From: a bacterium | Lineage (GTDB): Bacteria > UBA10199 > 2-02-FULL-44-16 > JAAZCA01 | DNA length: 64,000 bases | Reading direction: 5' to 3' | NCBI GenBank assembly: GCA_963674695.2 | Contig: CAXXGI010000003.1 | Span: 224,001 to 288,000 of the forward strand | Shown: positions 10,248 to 20,761 of the stretch, piece after piece | Layout: each line of letters starts with the position of its first letter | Position numbering within the stretch: the first letter of the stretch is position 1 | Program-made: the position numbers and the translations under genes | The notes under the pieces: generated by a model | What the model was told of the DNA's origin: nothing | The model's database searches: none | What the model saw: the letters and a program-made list of their open reading frames with translations, nothing else

Positions 10248-11003
10248 ATGATTCACATCCAAAACCTTCACAAGACGTTGGACGGACATGCGGTGCTCAA
10301 GGGGATCGATCTCGAGATCCCCAAGGGCAAGATCACCGTCATCATCGGGGCGTCCGGCTGCGGCAAGACGGTGCTCATGCGCCATATCATCGGCCTGATG
10401 CTTCCCGACCGCGGACGGGTGGTCGTGGATGGCACGAACATGTCGGCGCTTGCGGGGCGTGCCCAAACCGATTTTCGTCGGCGCTTCGGCATGCTCTTTC
10501 AGAACGCCGCGCTCTTCGATTCGCTCACGGTCTTCGAGAACGTCGCCTTTCCGCTGCGCGAGAGTCTGCGGCAACGGGTGGAGACGGTCGATGTCGCCCG
10601 CATCGTTCGCGAGAAGCTGAGCCTGGTCGGGCTGCAAGGGAGCGAACACAAGATGCCCGACGAGCTCTCCGGCGGCATGCGCAAGCGGGTAGGGCTTGCC
10701 CGCGCGATCGTCCTCGCGCCTTCCATCATTCTCTATGACGAGCCGACCACGGGGCTCGATCCGCTCATGACGCTGGCTATTGACAACCTGATTTTGTCCA
10801 TGCAACAAGAACTCGCCGTCACCTCCGTGGTCATCAGTCATGACATCGACTCGGCCATGCGTTTGGCCGACCTGGTCGCGATGGTTCACGACGGTCGCAT
10901 CATTGCCAGCGGGTCACCGGCACAGTTTCAGCGTTTGACCGATCCGATCGTGCGCGATTTTCTTGAAGCCGGCGGCCGACACCTCCGGGGGAGTGCTTCG
11001 TGA
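10248..11003 (+). CDS. mlaF: MlaF-family ABC transporter ATPase
   Basis: GASGCGKT, LSGGMRKRVGLARA, YDEPTTGLDP, SHD. Confidence 0.93.
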   Translation: MIHIQNLHKTLDGHAVLKGIDLEIPKGKITVIIGASGCGKTVLMRHIIGLMLPDRGRVVVDGTNMSALAGRAQTDFRRRFGMLFQNAALFDSLTVFENVAFPLRESLRQRVETVDVARIVREKLSLVGLQGSEHKMPDELSGGMRKRVGLARAIVLAPSIILYDEPTTGLDPLMTLAIDNLILSMQQELAVTSVVISHDIDSAMRLADLVAMVHDGRIIASGSPAQFQRLTDPIVRDFLEAGGRHLRGSAS

Positions 11004-12367
11004 AACGCATGACCACCGAACTCAAGGTTGGCATCTTTGCCGCCATCATCATCGTCATCCTCGTCTGGGCGACCATTCGCGTCGGCGACAAGACCGCTGT
11101 CTCCGGCGGCGGATATCCGCTTGTGGCGGTCTTCGATAACGCCACGGGGCTCAAGCTCAAGGCCCCGATTGAGCTCGCCGGCGTTCAGGTCGGCATCATC
11201 AAGGATATCGAACTCATCGATTCCCGCCGCGCGCGAGTGCAGATGGCGATCAACAAACGCGTGAAACTTCCCGACGACAGCACGGCGGTGCTGCGCACGC
11301 GCGGATTTCTGGGCGAGACCTACATCGAGATCATTCCGGGCACGCCCGGGCTCCCCGATATGAGCCGTGGCGAGGAATTTTCGAATTCCATGCGCACGGG
11401 CGACATCAATTCGCTCGTTTCGCAGTTCAATCAGATCGCGGGCGACATCAAGAATATCACCGGAAACTTGAGCGAGATGATGGGACAGAATCAGAACGCG
11501 CCGATCAACCGCATCGTCGAGAACCTCGATGCGTTTGCCCAGAGCATTCGCGATATCACCCTTCGCAACGAAGCCAACGTCGCCCGCATCACCGACAATA
11601 TGGCGGCCATGACCGAGCAGTTGCGGCAGGTCGTCGCTTCCGGCCGCGCCAATATCGAGGAGTCGATGGATCGCATCGCCTCCATCACGCGCAAGATCGA
11701 CGAGGGCCAAGGCACGGTCGGCAGGCTTGTCAACGACGAGGAGACGGTCGACAAGCTCAACGAGGCGGTGGATAACTTGAACGATACGCTCGGCGGGTTC
11801 CGGCGACTCGAGACGCAGATCGGTTATCGCGCCGAGTACCTGACGCAGTCGGAAGATTTCAAACACTACATCTCGCTGTCGCTGGCACCATCGCCCGATA
11901 AAGCGCTCCTCCTCGACCTGGTGGCCGATCCCGATCCGCGTCCAACCTATACGGAAAAGATCTCGAATGTGACCGTCGGCGGCACGACCACGCAGGTCAC
12001 CACCGAGACGGCCTCGATCGATCGCAACAAGCTGCGCATCTCGGCGCAGTTGGCGAAGAAGTTCTACGACTTCACGCTGCGCGGGGGACTGATCGAATCG
12101 ACCGGCGGAGTGGGGTTCGACTGGGATCGCGGACCGCTCGGCGTTGGATTCTCCGCCTATGATTTTCAGACGCGTTTTGGTCAGCGTCCGCACCTGAAGG
12201 CCTGGGCGAATGTGAACGTGACCAGAAACTTCTTCGTGCGTGGCGGTGCCGACGATATCATCGCGCGTACCAACAATCCCGATTGGTTTGTCGGCGCCGG
12301 ATTTCGGTTCGTCGATGAAGACGTCAAGAGTTTCGCCCGCTTCGGCGGGTCGAGTCTCATAAAATGA
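11000..12367 (+). CDS. mlaD: MCE/MlaD protein with long helical region and C-terminal beta-rich domain
   Basis: N-terminal TM (ELKVGIF), MCE motifs GL..API.LAGV.VG and GFLGETYIEI.PG, GTVGRLVND. Confidence 0.85.
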   Translation: MKRMTTELKVGIFAAIIIVILVWATIRVGDKTAVSGGGYPLVAVFDNATGLKLKAPIELAGVQVGIIKDIELIDSRRARVQMAINKRVKLPDDSTAVLRTRGFLGETYIEIIPGTPGLPDMSRGEEFSNSMRTGDINSLVSQFNQIAGDIKNITGNLSEMMGQNQNAPINRIVENLDAFAQSIRDITLRNEANVARITDNMAAMTEQLRQVVASGRANIEESMDRIASITRKIDEGQGTVGRLVNDEETVDKLNEAVDNLNDTLGGFRRLETQIGYRAEYLTQSEDFKHYISLSLAPSPDKALLLDLVADPDPRPTYTEKISNVTVGGTTTQVTTETASIDRNKLRISAQLAKKFYDFTLRGGLIESTGGVGFDWDRGPLGVGFSAYDFQTRFGQRPHLKAWANVNVTRNFFVRGGADDIIARTNNPDWFVGAGFRFVDEDVKSFARFGGSSLIK

Positions 12368-12419
12368 TTCGGTTCGATGGTTCGATGGTTCACATGGAAC
12401 AACCTCGTAATGCAGGGAG

Positions 12420-12513
12420 TGTCATTCCCGCGGGGGTAAGCGGGAATCTCGATTGATCCCTGTATTTTTCATTTTCAAAACGGGATCCCCGATGACCCCA
12501 TTCGGGGATGACA
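12420..12513. repeat. REP-like doublet
   Basis: TGTCATTCCCGC..GCGGGAATCTC ... GGATCCCCGA..TCGGGGATGACA. Confidence 0.7.
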
Positions 12514-12528
12514 GATGTGGAGAAACGA

Positions 12529-14118
12529 ATGAAAAAGATTGCGCGTGCGCTCATCAGTGTATCCGACAAGGCCGGCATCGTGGAGTTGGCCAACGTGCTT
12601 CAGAAGAAGGGCGTCGAGATTCTCTCCACCGGAGGTACGGCCAAGGCACTGGCCGATGCGGATATCCCGGTCGTGGATGTCGCGGCCTACACCGGTTCGC
12701 CCGAGATCCTCGATGGGCGTCTCAAGACGCTGCATCCGAAGGTTCACGGGGGCCTGCTCGGACGGCGTGATTCGAAGAAGCATCAGCAGGAGATGGCCGA
12801 CAATGACATCGGTCCGATCGATCTGGTGATCGTCAACCTCTATCCCTTTGAGGCGACCATTGCCAAGACAGGGTGTTCCTTTGAAGAGGCTATCGAGAAT
12901 ATCGATATCGGCGGTCCCACGATGCTGCGTTCCGCGGCGAAGAATCACGCCGATGTCGCCGTCGTCGTTGATCCCGCCGATTACGACGCTCTCGTCGAGG
13001 AATTCACACATAATGATGGCGCGCTCTCGGGCGCCACGCGTTTTCGGTTGGCCAAGAAGGTCTTCGCCGAGACCGCGCGCTATGATGCGGCGATTATCTC
13101 CTACCTGAGCCGATTCGACGACGAGAAGAATGAGGGCCAGACGCCCGCGGTCATTGGCGCGACCTATGCGTTGGTGCAGAAGCTGCGCTATGGCGAGAAT
13201 CCGCACCAGAAGGCCGCTTTCTATCGGGAGGTCGTCGCGGTGGACGAACCCTGTCTGGTGAATGCGAAGCAGCTTCAGGGCAAGGAACTCTCCTACAACA
13301 ACATCATGGATACGGATGCGGTCCTCGAGATGGTGGGGGCGTTTGACGACGCGCCCTTTGCGGCAGTCGTGGTCAAACATGCCAACCCCTGCGGCGCGGC
13401 GATATCGAATGAAACGCTTCTGGATGCCTTTGAAAAAGCGCGTGCGTGCGATCCGACCTCTGCATTTGGCGGCATCGTGGGGCTCAACCGACCGCTCGAT
13501 GCGGATGCCGCTTCGATGATCGTCGAGACCTTCTTCGAGGTGATCGCGGCGCCGGGGTTTTCCCCGGAGGCGGTTGAAATCCTCAAACGAAAAAAGAACC
13601 TTCGCCTGCTCGAGGTCCCCGGTCTGGGCAATGCCTTTACGCCGGCCGGGATGAACCTGCGCAAGGTGGTGGGGGGGCTGCTCGTTCAGGATCGCGATTT
13701 CAGTCGCGAGCAGGTGCGCGAGGCGCATGTGGCGACCAAGCGTGCCCCGACCGATGCGGAATGGGCCGCACTCGATTTTTCCTGGCGCATCGGAAAATTT
13801 GTGAAATCAAACGCCATCATCTATGCCGCTCCTGGGCGCACGCTCGGCATCGGGGCTGGTCAGATGAGCCGGGTCGATGCTTCCAAGATCGCCGCGCGCA
13901 AGATGAACGAAGCCTTTCCCGATGGCGCGCCCGGTCCGATCGTCGTCGCCTCCGATGCCTTCTTTCCCTTTCGCGATGGCGTCGATGCTGCGGCACAAGC
14001 GGGGGCCACGGCCGTCGTCCAGCCCGGTGGTTCGATGCGCGACGAAGAGGTCATCGCCGCTGCCGACGAACAGGGCATGGCCATGGTGTTGACCAGCACC
14101 CGCCACTTCCGACATTGA
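12529..14118 (+). CDS. purH: bifunctional AICAR transformylase/IMP cyclohydrolase
   Basis: [48 protein letters not shown]. Confidence 0.97.
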   Translation: MKKIARALISVSDKAGIVELANVLQKKGVEILSTGGTAKALADADIPVVDVAAYTGSPEILDGRLKTLHPKVHGGLLGRRDSKKHQQEMADNDIGPIDLVIVNLYPFEATIAKTGCSFEEAIENIDIGGPTMLRSAAKNHADVAVVVDPADYDALVEEFTHNDGALSGATRFRLAKKVFAETARYDAAIISYLSRFDDEKNEGQTPAVIGATYALVQKLRYGENPHQKAAFYREVVAVDEPCLVNAKQLQGKELSYNNIMDTDAVLEMVGAFDDAPFAAVVVKHANPCGAAISNETLLDAFEKARACDPTSAFGGIVGLNRPLDADAASMIVETFFEVIAAPGFSPEAVEILKRKKNLRLLEVPGLGNAFTPAGMNLRKVVGGLLVQDRDFSREQVREAHVATKRAPTDAEWAALDFSWRIGKFVKSNAIIYAAPGRTLGIGAGQMSRVDASKIAARKMNEAFPDGAPGPIVVASDAFFPFRDGVDAAAQAGATAVVQPGGSMRDEEVIAAADEQGMAMVLTSTRHFRH

Positions 14119-14254
14119 TCGTCGCTTTTTCCCGCTTCGATGGGCCCGTCAAATCTCCGTCGCCTCTCGATTGGTTCCTGGGGTAAATGCGCGCGTCGCA
14201 TAAGAATTTCCATTCTATCTCCTTGTTTCTGAATGTTTTTTTCTGCATGTCCCC

Positions 14255-14270
14255 TGGCACATCGCTTGCA
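14255..14270 (+). promoter_or_regulatory. sigma54 -24/-12 promoter
   Basis: TGGCAC-ATCGC-TTGCA, a perfect consensus match in the intergenic region. Confidence 0.7.
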
Positions 14271-14295
14271 AATAAATGAGGCACGAACCATATAA

Positions 14296-14460
14296 GGGCA
14301 TCTCTCAAAACTCATACGAGCCGCCGCGAGGGGAAATCATGTGCGTCTGGAACAAGCTTCATCGTCGTTGTGCCCGCCAGAGGCGGGTCCGCCTTTGGCG
14401 GAAAGATGCACATGATTTCCCCGGGAGGCGGTATCCAAACACTGGTTTTGAGAGGTGCCC
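14296..14460. mobile_element. MITE-like element (16-bp TIR, ATAA flanks)
   Basis: GGGCATCTCTCAAAAC ... GTTTTGAGAGGTGCCC with ATAA on both sides; long internal hairpin (14322-14431). Confidence 0.65.
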
Positions 14461-14474
14461 ATAAGGGGGATCCC

Positions 14475-14621
14475 ATGGAGCTGGGCAATATGATCATCAT
14501 GCTGAGTGCCGGTGTCGGAGCGGTCGTTGGACTCTCTGTCTGGATCGCCCACCGACGCCAAGCCGTGCGTGGCCGAGTCGAGTTGACCGAGCTGCGTCGT
14601 CGGCGCGAGCGACAGTACTGA
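14475..14621 (+). CDS. small single-TM protein
   Basis: AAGGGGGA RBS, MELGNMIIMLSAGVGAVVGLSVWIA followed by an Arg-rich tail. Confidence 0.45.
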   Translation: MELGNMIIMLSAGVGAVVGLSVWIAHRRQAVRGRVELTELRRRRERQY

Positions 14622-14672
14622 TGCAACACACGCCGTGAACCGAGCGAGGGGGAGGGTTCCATTTCGATTCGC

Positions 14673-17600
14673 GTGACCATCATCGCGATAGCGGTGCTGG
14701 CCGTATCCGTTTGTGCGATGGCACAGGCCGATCCGGCTTCATCACCGGACACGAGTGCTTCGCCGGAGCGTTGTGCGCCGGGGTATGCCTTCGACCCCTC
14801 GCAGCGCGAGTGCGTGGCGTGCAATCAACCGTGTTCGACGGGAAAACCCGGCGTTTGCGGACGCGGTATCGTTGACTGCAGCAAAGAGGTTCCGGTCTGC
14901 GCGGCGGCGATTGCGCCGGGCGAGCGCACGGAGGCGTGCAACGGCGAGGACGATAACTGCGACGGGCGCGTCGATGAGGGATACGACAAGGACGCGGATG
15001 GCTATACGACCTGCAGCGGCGACTGCGATGATCGCAATGCGTCCGTGCATCCGGATGCGGTCGAGCGCTGCAACAATACCGACAACAATTGCAACGGGCT
15101 CATCGATGATGGCTTCAATGTCGGAGGAATCTGCATATCCGGCGAAGGTGTTTGCGCGCGCGAAGGACGGCGGCGCTGCCGTGCCGATGGGCGCGGGGTG
15201 GACTGCGACGCGCAGGCCGGAGTTCCATCGCGTGAGATCTGCGATGGGCTCGACAACGATTGCAACGGGCGCGTCGATGATGGCTTGGGCGAGGTGCACT
15301 GCGGCGTGGGCGCATGTCGTCGCACGATTGCGTCCTGTCGCGAGGGGGCGCAGAAGATCTGTACCCCGGGCGAACCGGGCGTTGAACTCTGTGGCGACGC
15401 CATCGATAACGATTGCGATGGGCAGACCGACGAGGGATTTCCCAAACGTGGGCGCACATGTCACGATGGCGTGGGGGCGTGCCGCAATGCAGGCGTTTAT
15501 ATCTGTTCCGAGAATCGACTCGATCTGGTCTGCAATGCCCATCCCAGCCAACCTCGCGTCGAGATCTGCGGAAATGGCGTCGATGACGATTGCGACGGTG
15601 AGGTGGACAAGGATGCACCGGGTCTTGGTGAGCCCTGCAACAACGGTTTGCTGGGGCAGTGTCTGCGCGAAGGAAAGCGCGTCTGTCATGCCCGCGAGGG
15701 AACGCTTTCCTGTTCAGCGCCGAAGGTCAGGCCCCAGCCGGAGCGCTGTGATGGGCTCGACAACGATTGTGACGGCGTCATCGACAACGATGTGAACGAG
15801 ACGGCCACATGCGGACAGGGGGCCTGTGGCGGGGGCACGCGCACGCGCACCTGTGTGCACGGCGTCTGGGGCGAGTGGTCGACCTGCTCGACGGCGGGCA
15901 AGGTGGCGACGGAAATCTGCGGCAACCGGATCGATGACGATTGCGACGGTGTCATCGATCGCGATGTTGAGGGGCTGGGGGATGCATGCGAAAACGGTAT
16001 GGTCGGCATCTGCGCGCGAAAGGGACGGTTGATCTGCGATGCCACGACCAGTCGGCTCGTCTGTAGCGCCGGTCCCCGGGATCCGGGCCAAGAGATCTGC
16101 AATGGTTTGGATGATGACTGCGATGGCACCGTCGATGAGGGCGTTCAAAACGCCTGTGGCGGTTGCCAGACGCTTGCGGTCACACCCGGTCAGGCGTGCG
16201 ATGTGCCCGGCGGGGATGAATGCGCCAAGGGTGTCTGGATGTGCGATGAAGCGCATGCGGGCGCGCTCATCTGCACAGCCAAGCCGGCACTCACCGATGG
16301 GCGTGCATGCACCTCGGACGGAAACGAATGCACGGCAGATCTCTGTCGCGAGGGGAGCTGTACGCATGCCGCGGTCGCCGATGGGATCGCTTGTGAAGAT
16401 GACGATCCCTGCACCGCTGGCGATAGCTGTCATACGGGGATCTGCGCCGGGAGTTCGCAGGTCGCCTGTGACGATGGGAACGTGTGTACGGTCGATTCCT
16501 GCAGCGCTGCGCGCGGTTGTTTTCATACCGCCATCGACGGTGGCGTGGCCAATATCTGTGGGGGCTGCAAGGTGCTCGACCATGCGCCGGGTGAGGCATG
16601 CACGGTGGCCGAGGCCAAGGGGGTCTGCGCGGCGGGCAGTTTCCGGTGTACGCCGGAGGGGACGCTCGCCTGTGTGCAGACGGTCTTTGCCGGGCAGGAG
16701 ATCTGCAACGGCGTCGATGACAACTGCGATGGTGAGATCGACGAAGGCCTCGGCGAGACGAGATGTGGCATCGGTTCCTGCACGGTGACGATCGCCAACT
16801 GCATTGAGGGAAAGGCGAGCACCTGCGTCCCGCGCGATCCGTTGGCAGAGACCTGTGCCAATATGGACATCGACGATGATTGTAATGGCGTTGTCGACGA
16901 TGTTGCGGGTTTAGAGCAGGAATGCGCGGTGGCGTTTGGCACCTGTATCATTCCGGGGCAGAAGCGTTGCCTCGGCGATGCGGAACAACCCGTCTGTGTG
17001 CCGCTCGAATCGCAGCACGCCGAGGATAATGATGGCAATGGCATCGTCAACTACTGCGACCATGGCGAGACCCTCGCTGGTGGCGTTGAAGGACAGGTGG
17101 GGGAGACGCTCGCGGGTGATCTGCAGCGGCATACCACGGGAGCGCACTTCGATACGCGTCGCACGCGTGCGGCAATCTTGCCCTGGCATCGTTCCTTCGA
17201 TGCGGCGATGATCGCTCCGCATTCGCTCGATCAGGCGATGTTGCTCGTGAGCGGAGAACGCGGCAATGAAGGGGGCATCGCTGCCTTGCGCGCCAAAGAT
17301 GTGGCGGCATCCGGGCCGATCGCCTTCCGCAGCTGTGTGGTGGAATCGAGTCGTGCGCCGCGTCATCTCTTCGTCGTCGGCGACATCGCGGATGTCGTTG
17401 CATCGACCCCCACCGGATATGCGCGCTATCCCAAAATCGCTTCGCAGATTCCATCGCCGCTTGCCGGAAACTATGCCTGTCGTCTGCGCGCCGAGACGCT
17501 CTTGGGCGATGCACAACGGCCGTGGCCTGCTCGCAGAGGTCAGGCGCAGTGTCGCGTGCAGGAGATCGCGGGGTTGGCACGCCTGCACGATGTGCCGCTC

Positions 17601-18698
17601 ACCTTTGCCGGTGCCGTCATCTGTGCGATCGAGCGCGAGGGGCAGCTCCCCTCGGGGCGGAAGGGATTGGGAATCGATCTCATCACGCAGCGAGCCGATG
17701 GGAGTTTCGCCCATCAGTTCTTGCCCCTGATCAAGGATGCCGTGCATCTGAGTGAGGTGCAGCTGATGCCGTTGCGAGATGCCGGGGCGGAGGGGTACTT
17801 CTTCTTCGCCCGTGCCGATGATGCGCCGATTGCGGGCGTCTGTCATCGGGAGCAGGAGTGGACGTGTTGGCATCAATCGCTCGCGTCCTTTCCCGCACCG
17901 ATCGTCGGTGCGACGGCGGTCGCCGACGCAGCTGGAATGGAAGACCTCTTTCTCATCTCCCGAAATGGCGCCGCATTCCGGGTGCTCCTCGATCTTCCGA
18001 AGCAGGAGCTGACACTCGCCCAGGCGGGCGGGGTCTCGGTGAACGATGGCGGCCAGGTCCATGCTGCGGTCGCGGTGGATCCGCAGGCATCCGATATGCC
18101 GGCGTTGGTCCTCGGCCGGGATGATCAGCTCTCCTTCGCGCGTCCGATCGCCCTCGGCGACAGCAGCCCGGTCATTCGGCCGATGGCCATCGGAGCGCTC
18201 ATGCCGGAATCGTCCTCCGACGACATTCGCTCGGGCGAGGGCGTGGAGTTTCGTCAACCGCACGCCATGATCGCGTTGCCGTTCAAGGCGTTTGGGGGTT
18301 CGGACCTCTTTTCGGCCTTCGAGATCCAAAACGGGTCACAGCGTCTGGGCGAGATGGGATTCTTCTACTGGAATGCCAACGAACCGCCGTCGGGAACGCT
18401 TTCCGATATCCGGTTCGACGGGCGGCACGGACGTGCACGCATCGATTTCACCGATCCGTCCGGGGATCGCCTGCGCTATCGGGCCCATATTCGGGCGCAT
18501 CACGGGGGCGCGCTCGACGACTGGATCGACGGCATCCAGGGGGGCGAGCTTCGTTTCACCGTGCGCGGGGAGGCGGGGACCGTGGGCGTCTGGCCGATCA
18601 CCATCACCGTGGAGGTCGCTGATGCCGGAGGGCTCTCCGCGACATCGCGCGCCGTCGTGCGCCGCGATGGCACGCTCGAGGCCGTCAGCGACTATTGA
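14673..18698 (+). CDS. secreted Cys-rich repeat protein (ExCDGxDNDCDGxVDEG repeats, CDDGNxCTxDxC repeats, TSP1-like WGEWSTCS) with non-repetitive C-terminal region
   Basis: Signal-peptide-like N-terminus; about ten ExC(N/D)GxD(N/D)DC(N/D)GxxD repeats typical of myxobacterial putative metal-binding motifs; start codon uncertain. Confidence 0.85.
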   Translation: MTIIAIAVLAVSVCAMAQADPASSPDTSASPERCAPGYAFDPSQRECVACNQPCSTGKPGVCGRGIVDCSKEVPVCAAAIAPGERTEACNGEDDNCDGRVDEGYDKDADGYTTCSGDCDDRNASVHPDAVERCNNTDNNCNGLIDDGFNVGGICISGEGVCAREGRRRCRADGRGVDCDAQAGVPSREICDGLDNDCNGRVDDGLGEVHCGVGACRRTIASCREGAQKICTPGEPGVELCGDAIDNDCDGQTDEGFPKRGRTCHDGVGACRNAGVYICSENRLDLVCNAHPSQPRVEICGNGVDDDCDGEVDKDAPGLGEPCNNGLLGQCLREGKRVCHAREGTLSCSAPKVRPQPERCDGLDNDCDGVIDNDVNETATCGQGACGGGTRTRTCVHGVWGEWSTCSTAGKVATEICGNRIDDDCDGVIDRDVEGLGDACENGMVGICARKGRLICDATTSRLVCSAGPRDPGQEICNGLDDDCDGTVDEGVQNACGGCQTLAVTPGQACDVPGGDECAKGVWMCDEAHAGALICTAKPALTDGRACTSDGNECTADLCREGSCTHAAVADGIACEDDDPCTAGDSCHTGICAGSSQVACDDGNVCTVDSCSAARGCFHTAIDGGVANICGGCKVLDHAPGEACTVAEAKGVCAAGSFRCTPEGTLACVQTVFAGQEICNGVDDNCDGEIDEGLGETRCGIGSCTVTIANCIEGKASTCVPRDPLAETCANMDIDDDCNGVVDDVAGLEQECAVAFGTCIIPGQKRCLGDAEQPVCVPLESQHAEDNDGNGIVNYCDHGETLAGGVEGQVGETLAGDLQRHTTGAHFDTRRTRAAILPWHRSFDAAMIAPHSLDQAMLLVSGERGNEGGIAALRAKDVAASGPIAFRSCVVESSRAPRHLFVVGDIADVVASTPTGYARYPKIASQIPSPLAGNYACRLRAETLLGDAQRPWPARRGQAQCRVQEIAGLARLHDVPLTFAGAVICAIEREGQLPSGRKGLGIDLITQRADGSFAHQFLPLIKDAVHLSEVQLMPLRDAGAEGYFFFARADDAPIAGVCHREQEWTCWHQSLASFPAPIVGATAVADAAGMEDLFLISRNGAAFRVLLDLPKQELTLAQAGGVSVNDGGQVHAAVAVDPQASDMPALVLGRDDQLSFARPIALGDSSPVIRPMAIGALMPESSSDDIRSGEGVEFRQPHAMIALPFKAFGGSDLFSAFEIQNGSQRLGEMGFFYWNANEPPSGTLSDIRFDGRHGRARIDFTDPSGDRLRYRAHIRAHHGGALDDWIDGIQGGELRFTVRGEAGTVGVWPITITVEVADAGGLSATSRAVVRRDGTLEAVSDY

Positions 18699-18802
18699 AC
18701 GCCCCCTCCGTTCCGGGGTGGGTATGAAATTCCTTGATTTTCCGCACAGATCGACGCTATAGAGCCCCGTCCTCGGCATGTGGGCCGAGGTGGGAGGACA
18801 GG

Positions 18803-20104
18803 ATGAAGGTGCTCATCATCGGAGGCGGAGGCCGCGAGCATGCGCTGGCCTGGAAGGTCACACAGTCACCGCAGGTGACCGAGGTCTTCTGTGCGCCGGG
18901 AAATCCCGGTATCGCCGAGATCGCGACCTGCGTGCCGATCAAGGCCGATGATGTGCAAGCGTTGGTCGATTTCGCCAAGCGCGAGCGCATCGATCTGACC
19001 ATCGTGGGACCCGAGCTTCCCCTCACCCTGGGCATCGTCGATTCCTTCAAACGCGTCGGGCTTGCTGCCTTCGGTCCATCGCGCGAGGCGGCGGTACTCG
19101 AGGGGTCGAAGGTCTTCACGAAGGAATTCTGCAAACGCTATGGAATCCCCGCAGCGCAGTCCGAGACCTTTACGGATGCGCAGCAGGCGTTGGCCTTCAT
19201 TCAGGATCAGACCTATCCGCTGGTGATCAAGGCCGATGGCCTGGCCGCGGGGAAGGGGGCGGTGATCTGTCATACCGCCGAGGAGGCGCAGGAGACCATC
19301 GATGCGATGCTCGTGCGCAATCTCTTCGGAACCGCGAGCGAGCGGATCATCATCGAGGAATTCCTTCAGGGGGAAGAGGCCAGCTTCATTGCGATCTGCG
19401 ATGGCAACCACGTTCTGCCGCTGGCTAGTTCTCAGGATCATAAAGCGGCCTACGATGGCGACGCCGGTCCCAATACGGGCGGCATGGGGGCGATCTCGCC
19501 GGCACGTCTCATGACGCCGGAGCTCACCGAGCAGGTCATGGAACGCATCATGCTCCCCACCGCGCATGGGATGGTGACCGAGGGGATGCCGTTTGTCGGT
19601 GTGCTCTATGCAGGACTCATGATCAAGGATGGCCAGGTTCGCGTCCTCGAGTTCAATGTTCGCTTCGGCGATCCGGAGACGCAGCCGCTCCTCATGCGTT
19701 TGCAGACCGACCTCATCGAGATCGTGCAGGCCACGCTCTCCGGGACGCTCGATCGCGTGCGCCTGGCATGGGATCCTCGGCCGGCGATCTGCGTCGTGAT
19801 GGCATCGGGCGGATACCCCGGGTCCTATGAGAAGGGCAAGGCGATCACGGGGCTTGCGGAAGCGGCGGGGCAGGAGGGGGTGCAGGTCTTTCATGCCGGC
19901 ACCGCCAGTGAGAATGATCGCGTGGTGACGTCCGGCGGTCGCGTTCTGGGCGTCACCGCGATAGGCGATGACATGGCCGATGCGATCGAGCAGGCCTACA
20001 ATGTGGTCGATATGATCCACTGGGATGGCGTGCATTTTCGGAAGGATATTGGGCATAAGGCCCTTGAAGGGTGTAATGCCAAAATCCAAAATCCAAATGT
20101 CTAA
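18803..20104 (+). CDS. purD: phosphoribosylamine-glycine ligase
   Basis: IIGGGGREHAL, KADGLAAGKG, GPNTGGMG, EFNVRFGDPE, GGRVL. Confidence 0.97.
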   Translation: MKVLIIGGGGREHALAWKVTQSPQVTEVFCAPGNPGIAEIATCVPIKADDVQALVDFAKRERIDLTIVGPELPLTLGIVDSFKRVGLAAFGPSREAAVLEGSKVFTKEFCKRYGIPAAQSETFTDAQQALAFIQDQTYPLVIKADGLAAGKGAVICHTAEEAQETIDAMLVRNLFGTASERIIIEEFLQGEEASFIAICDGNHVLPLASSQDHKAAYDGDAGPNTGGMGAISPARLMTPELTEQVMERIMLPTAHGMVTEGMPFVGVLYAGLMIKDGQVRVLEFNVRFGDPETQPLLMRLQTDLIEIVQATLSGTLDRVRLAWDPRPAICVVMASGGYPGSYEKGKAITGLAEAAGQEGVQVFHAGTASENDRVVTSGGRVLGVTAIGDDMADAIEQAYNVVDMIHWDGVHFRKDIGHKALEGCNAKIQNPNV

Positions 20105-20178
20105 AAGGATCTTCGGCATTGGGATTTGGAATTTGTTTCGATATTTGGATTTTGAGGTTTGGATTTGAGGAGGGTTTT

Positions 20179-20676
20179 ATGACGGATGCAAAGGTACTCA
20201 TCGTGATGGGGAGTGCGAGTGACAAGGCGGTGATGGAGGATGCGGCCAAGGTGCTCGCTGAACTTGGTATTTCGGCACGCATGACGATCGCTTCAGCCCA
20301 TCGCACGCCCGATCGGGCCACAGCGCTCGCGCGCGATGCCCGGGGCCAGGGCGTGAAGGTCATCATCGCCGGCGCCGGATATGCTGCACACTTGGGCGGC
20401 GTGCTGGCGGCGCACACGACGTTGCCGGTCATCGGCGTGCCCTTGGATGCTTCATCGCTGAAGGGATTGGATTCACTCCTGGCGACCGTGCAAATGCCCT
20501 CCGGCATTCCGGTCGCGACGGTCACAATCGGAAAATCGGGCGCGCGCAACGCAGGGATCCTTGCGGCGCAGATGCTGGCGATCTCGGATGACGCCCTGGC
20601 AAAAAAACTCGAGGCGTTTCGAGCGGCGATGACCGCAAAGGTCGATGCGGCGGATGCCGAATTGCAGTCGACGTAA
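20179..20676 (+). CDS. purE: N5-CAIR mutase
   Basis: VMGSASD, SAHRTP, AGAGYAAHL, QMPSGIPVATV. Confidence 0.96.
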   Translation: MTDAKVLIVMGSASDKAVMEDAAKVLAELGISARMTIASAHRTPDRATALARDARGQGVKVIIAGAGYAAHLGGVLAAHTTLPVIGVPLDASSLKGLDSLLATVQMPSGIPVATVTIGKSGARNAGILAAQMLAISDDALAKKLEAFRAAMTAKVDAADAELQST

Positions 20677-20761
20677 CTCGTTACTCGTCATTCGTGACTC
20701 GTCGGGTCACGATTCACCGGTTGAACGAGACTACGATCTCACGATTCACGAGACCACGAGC

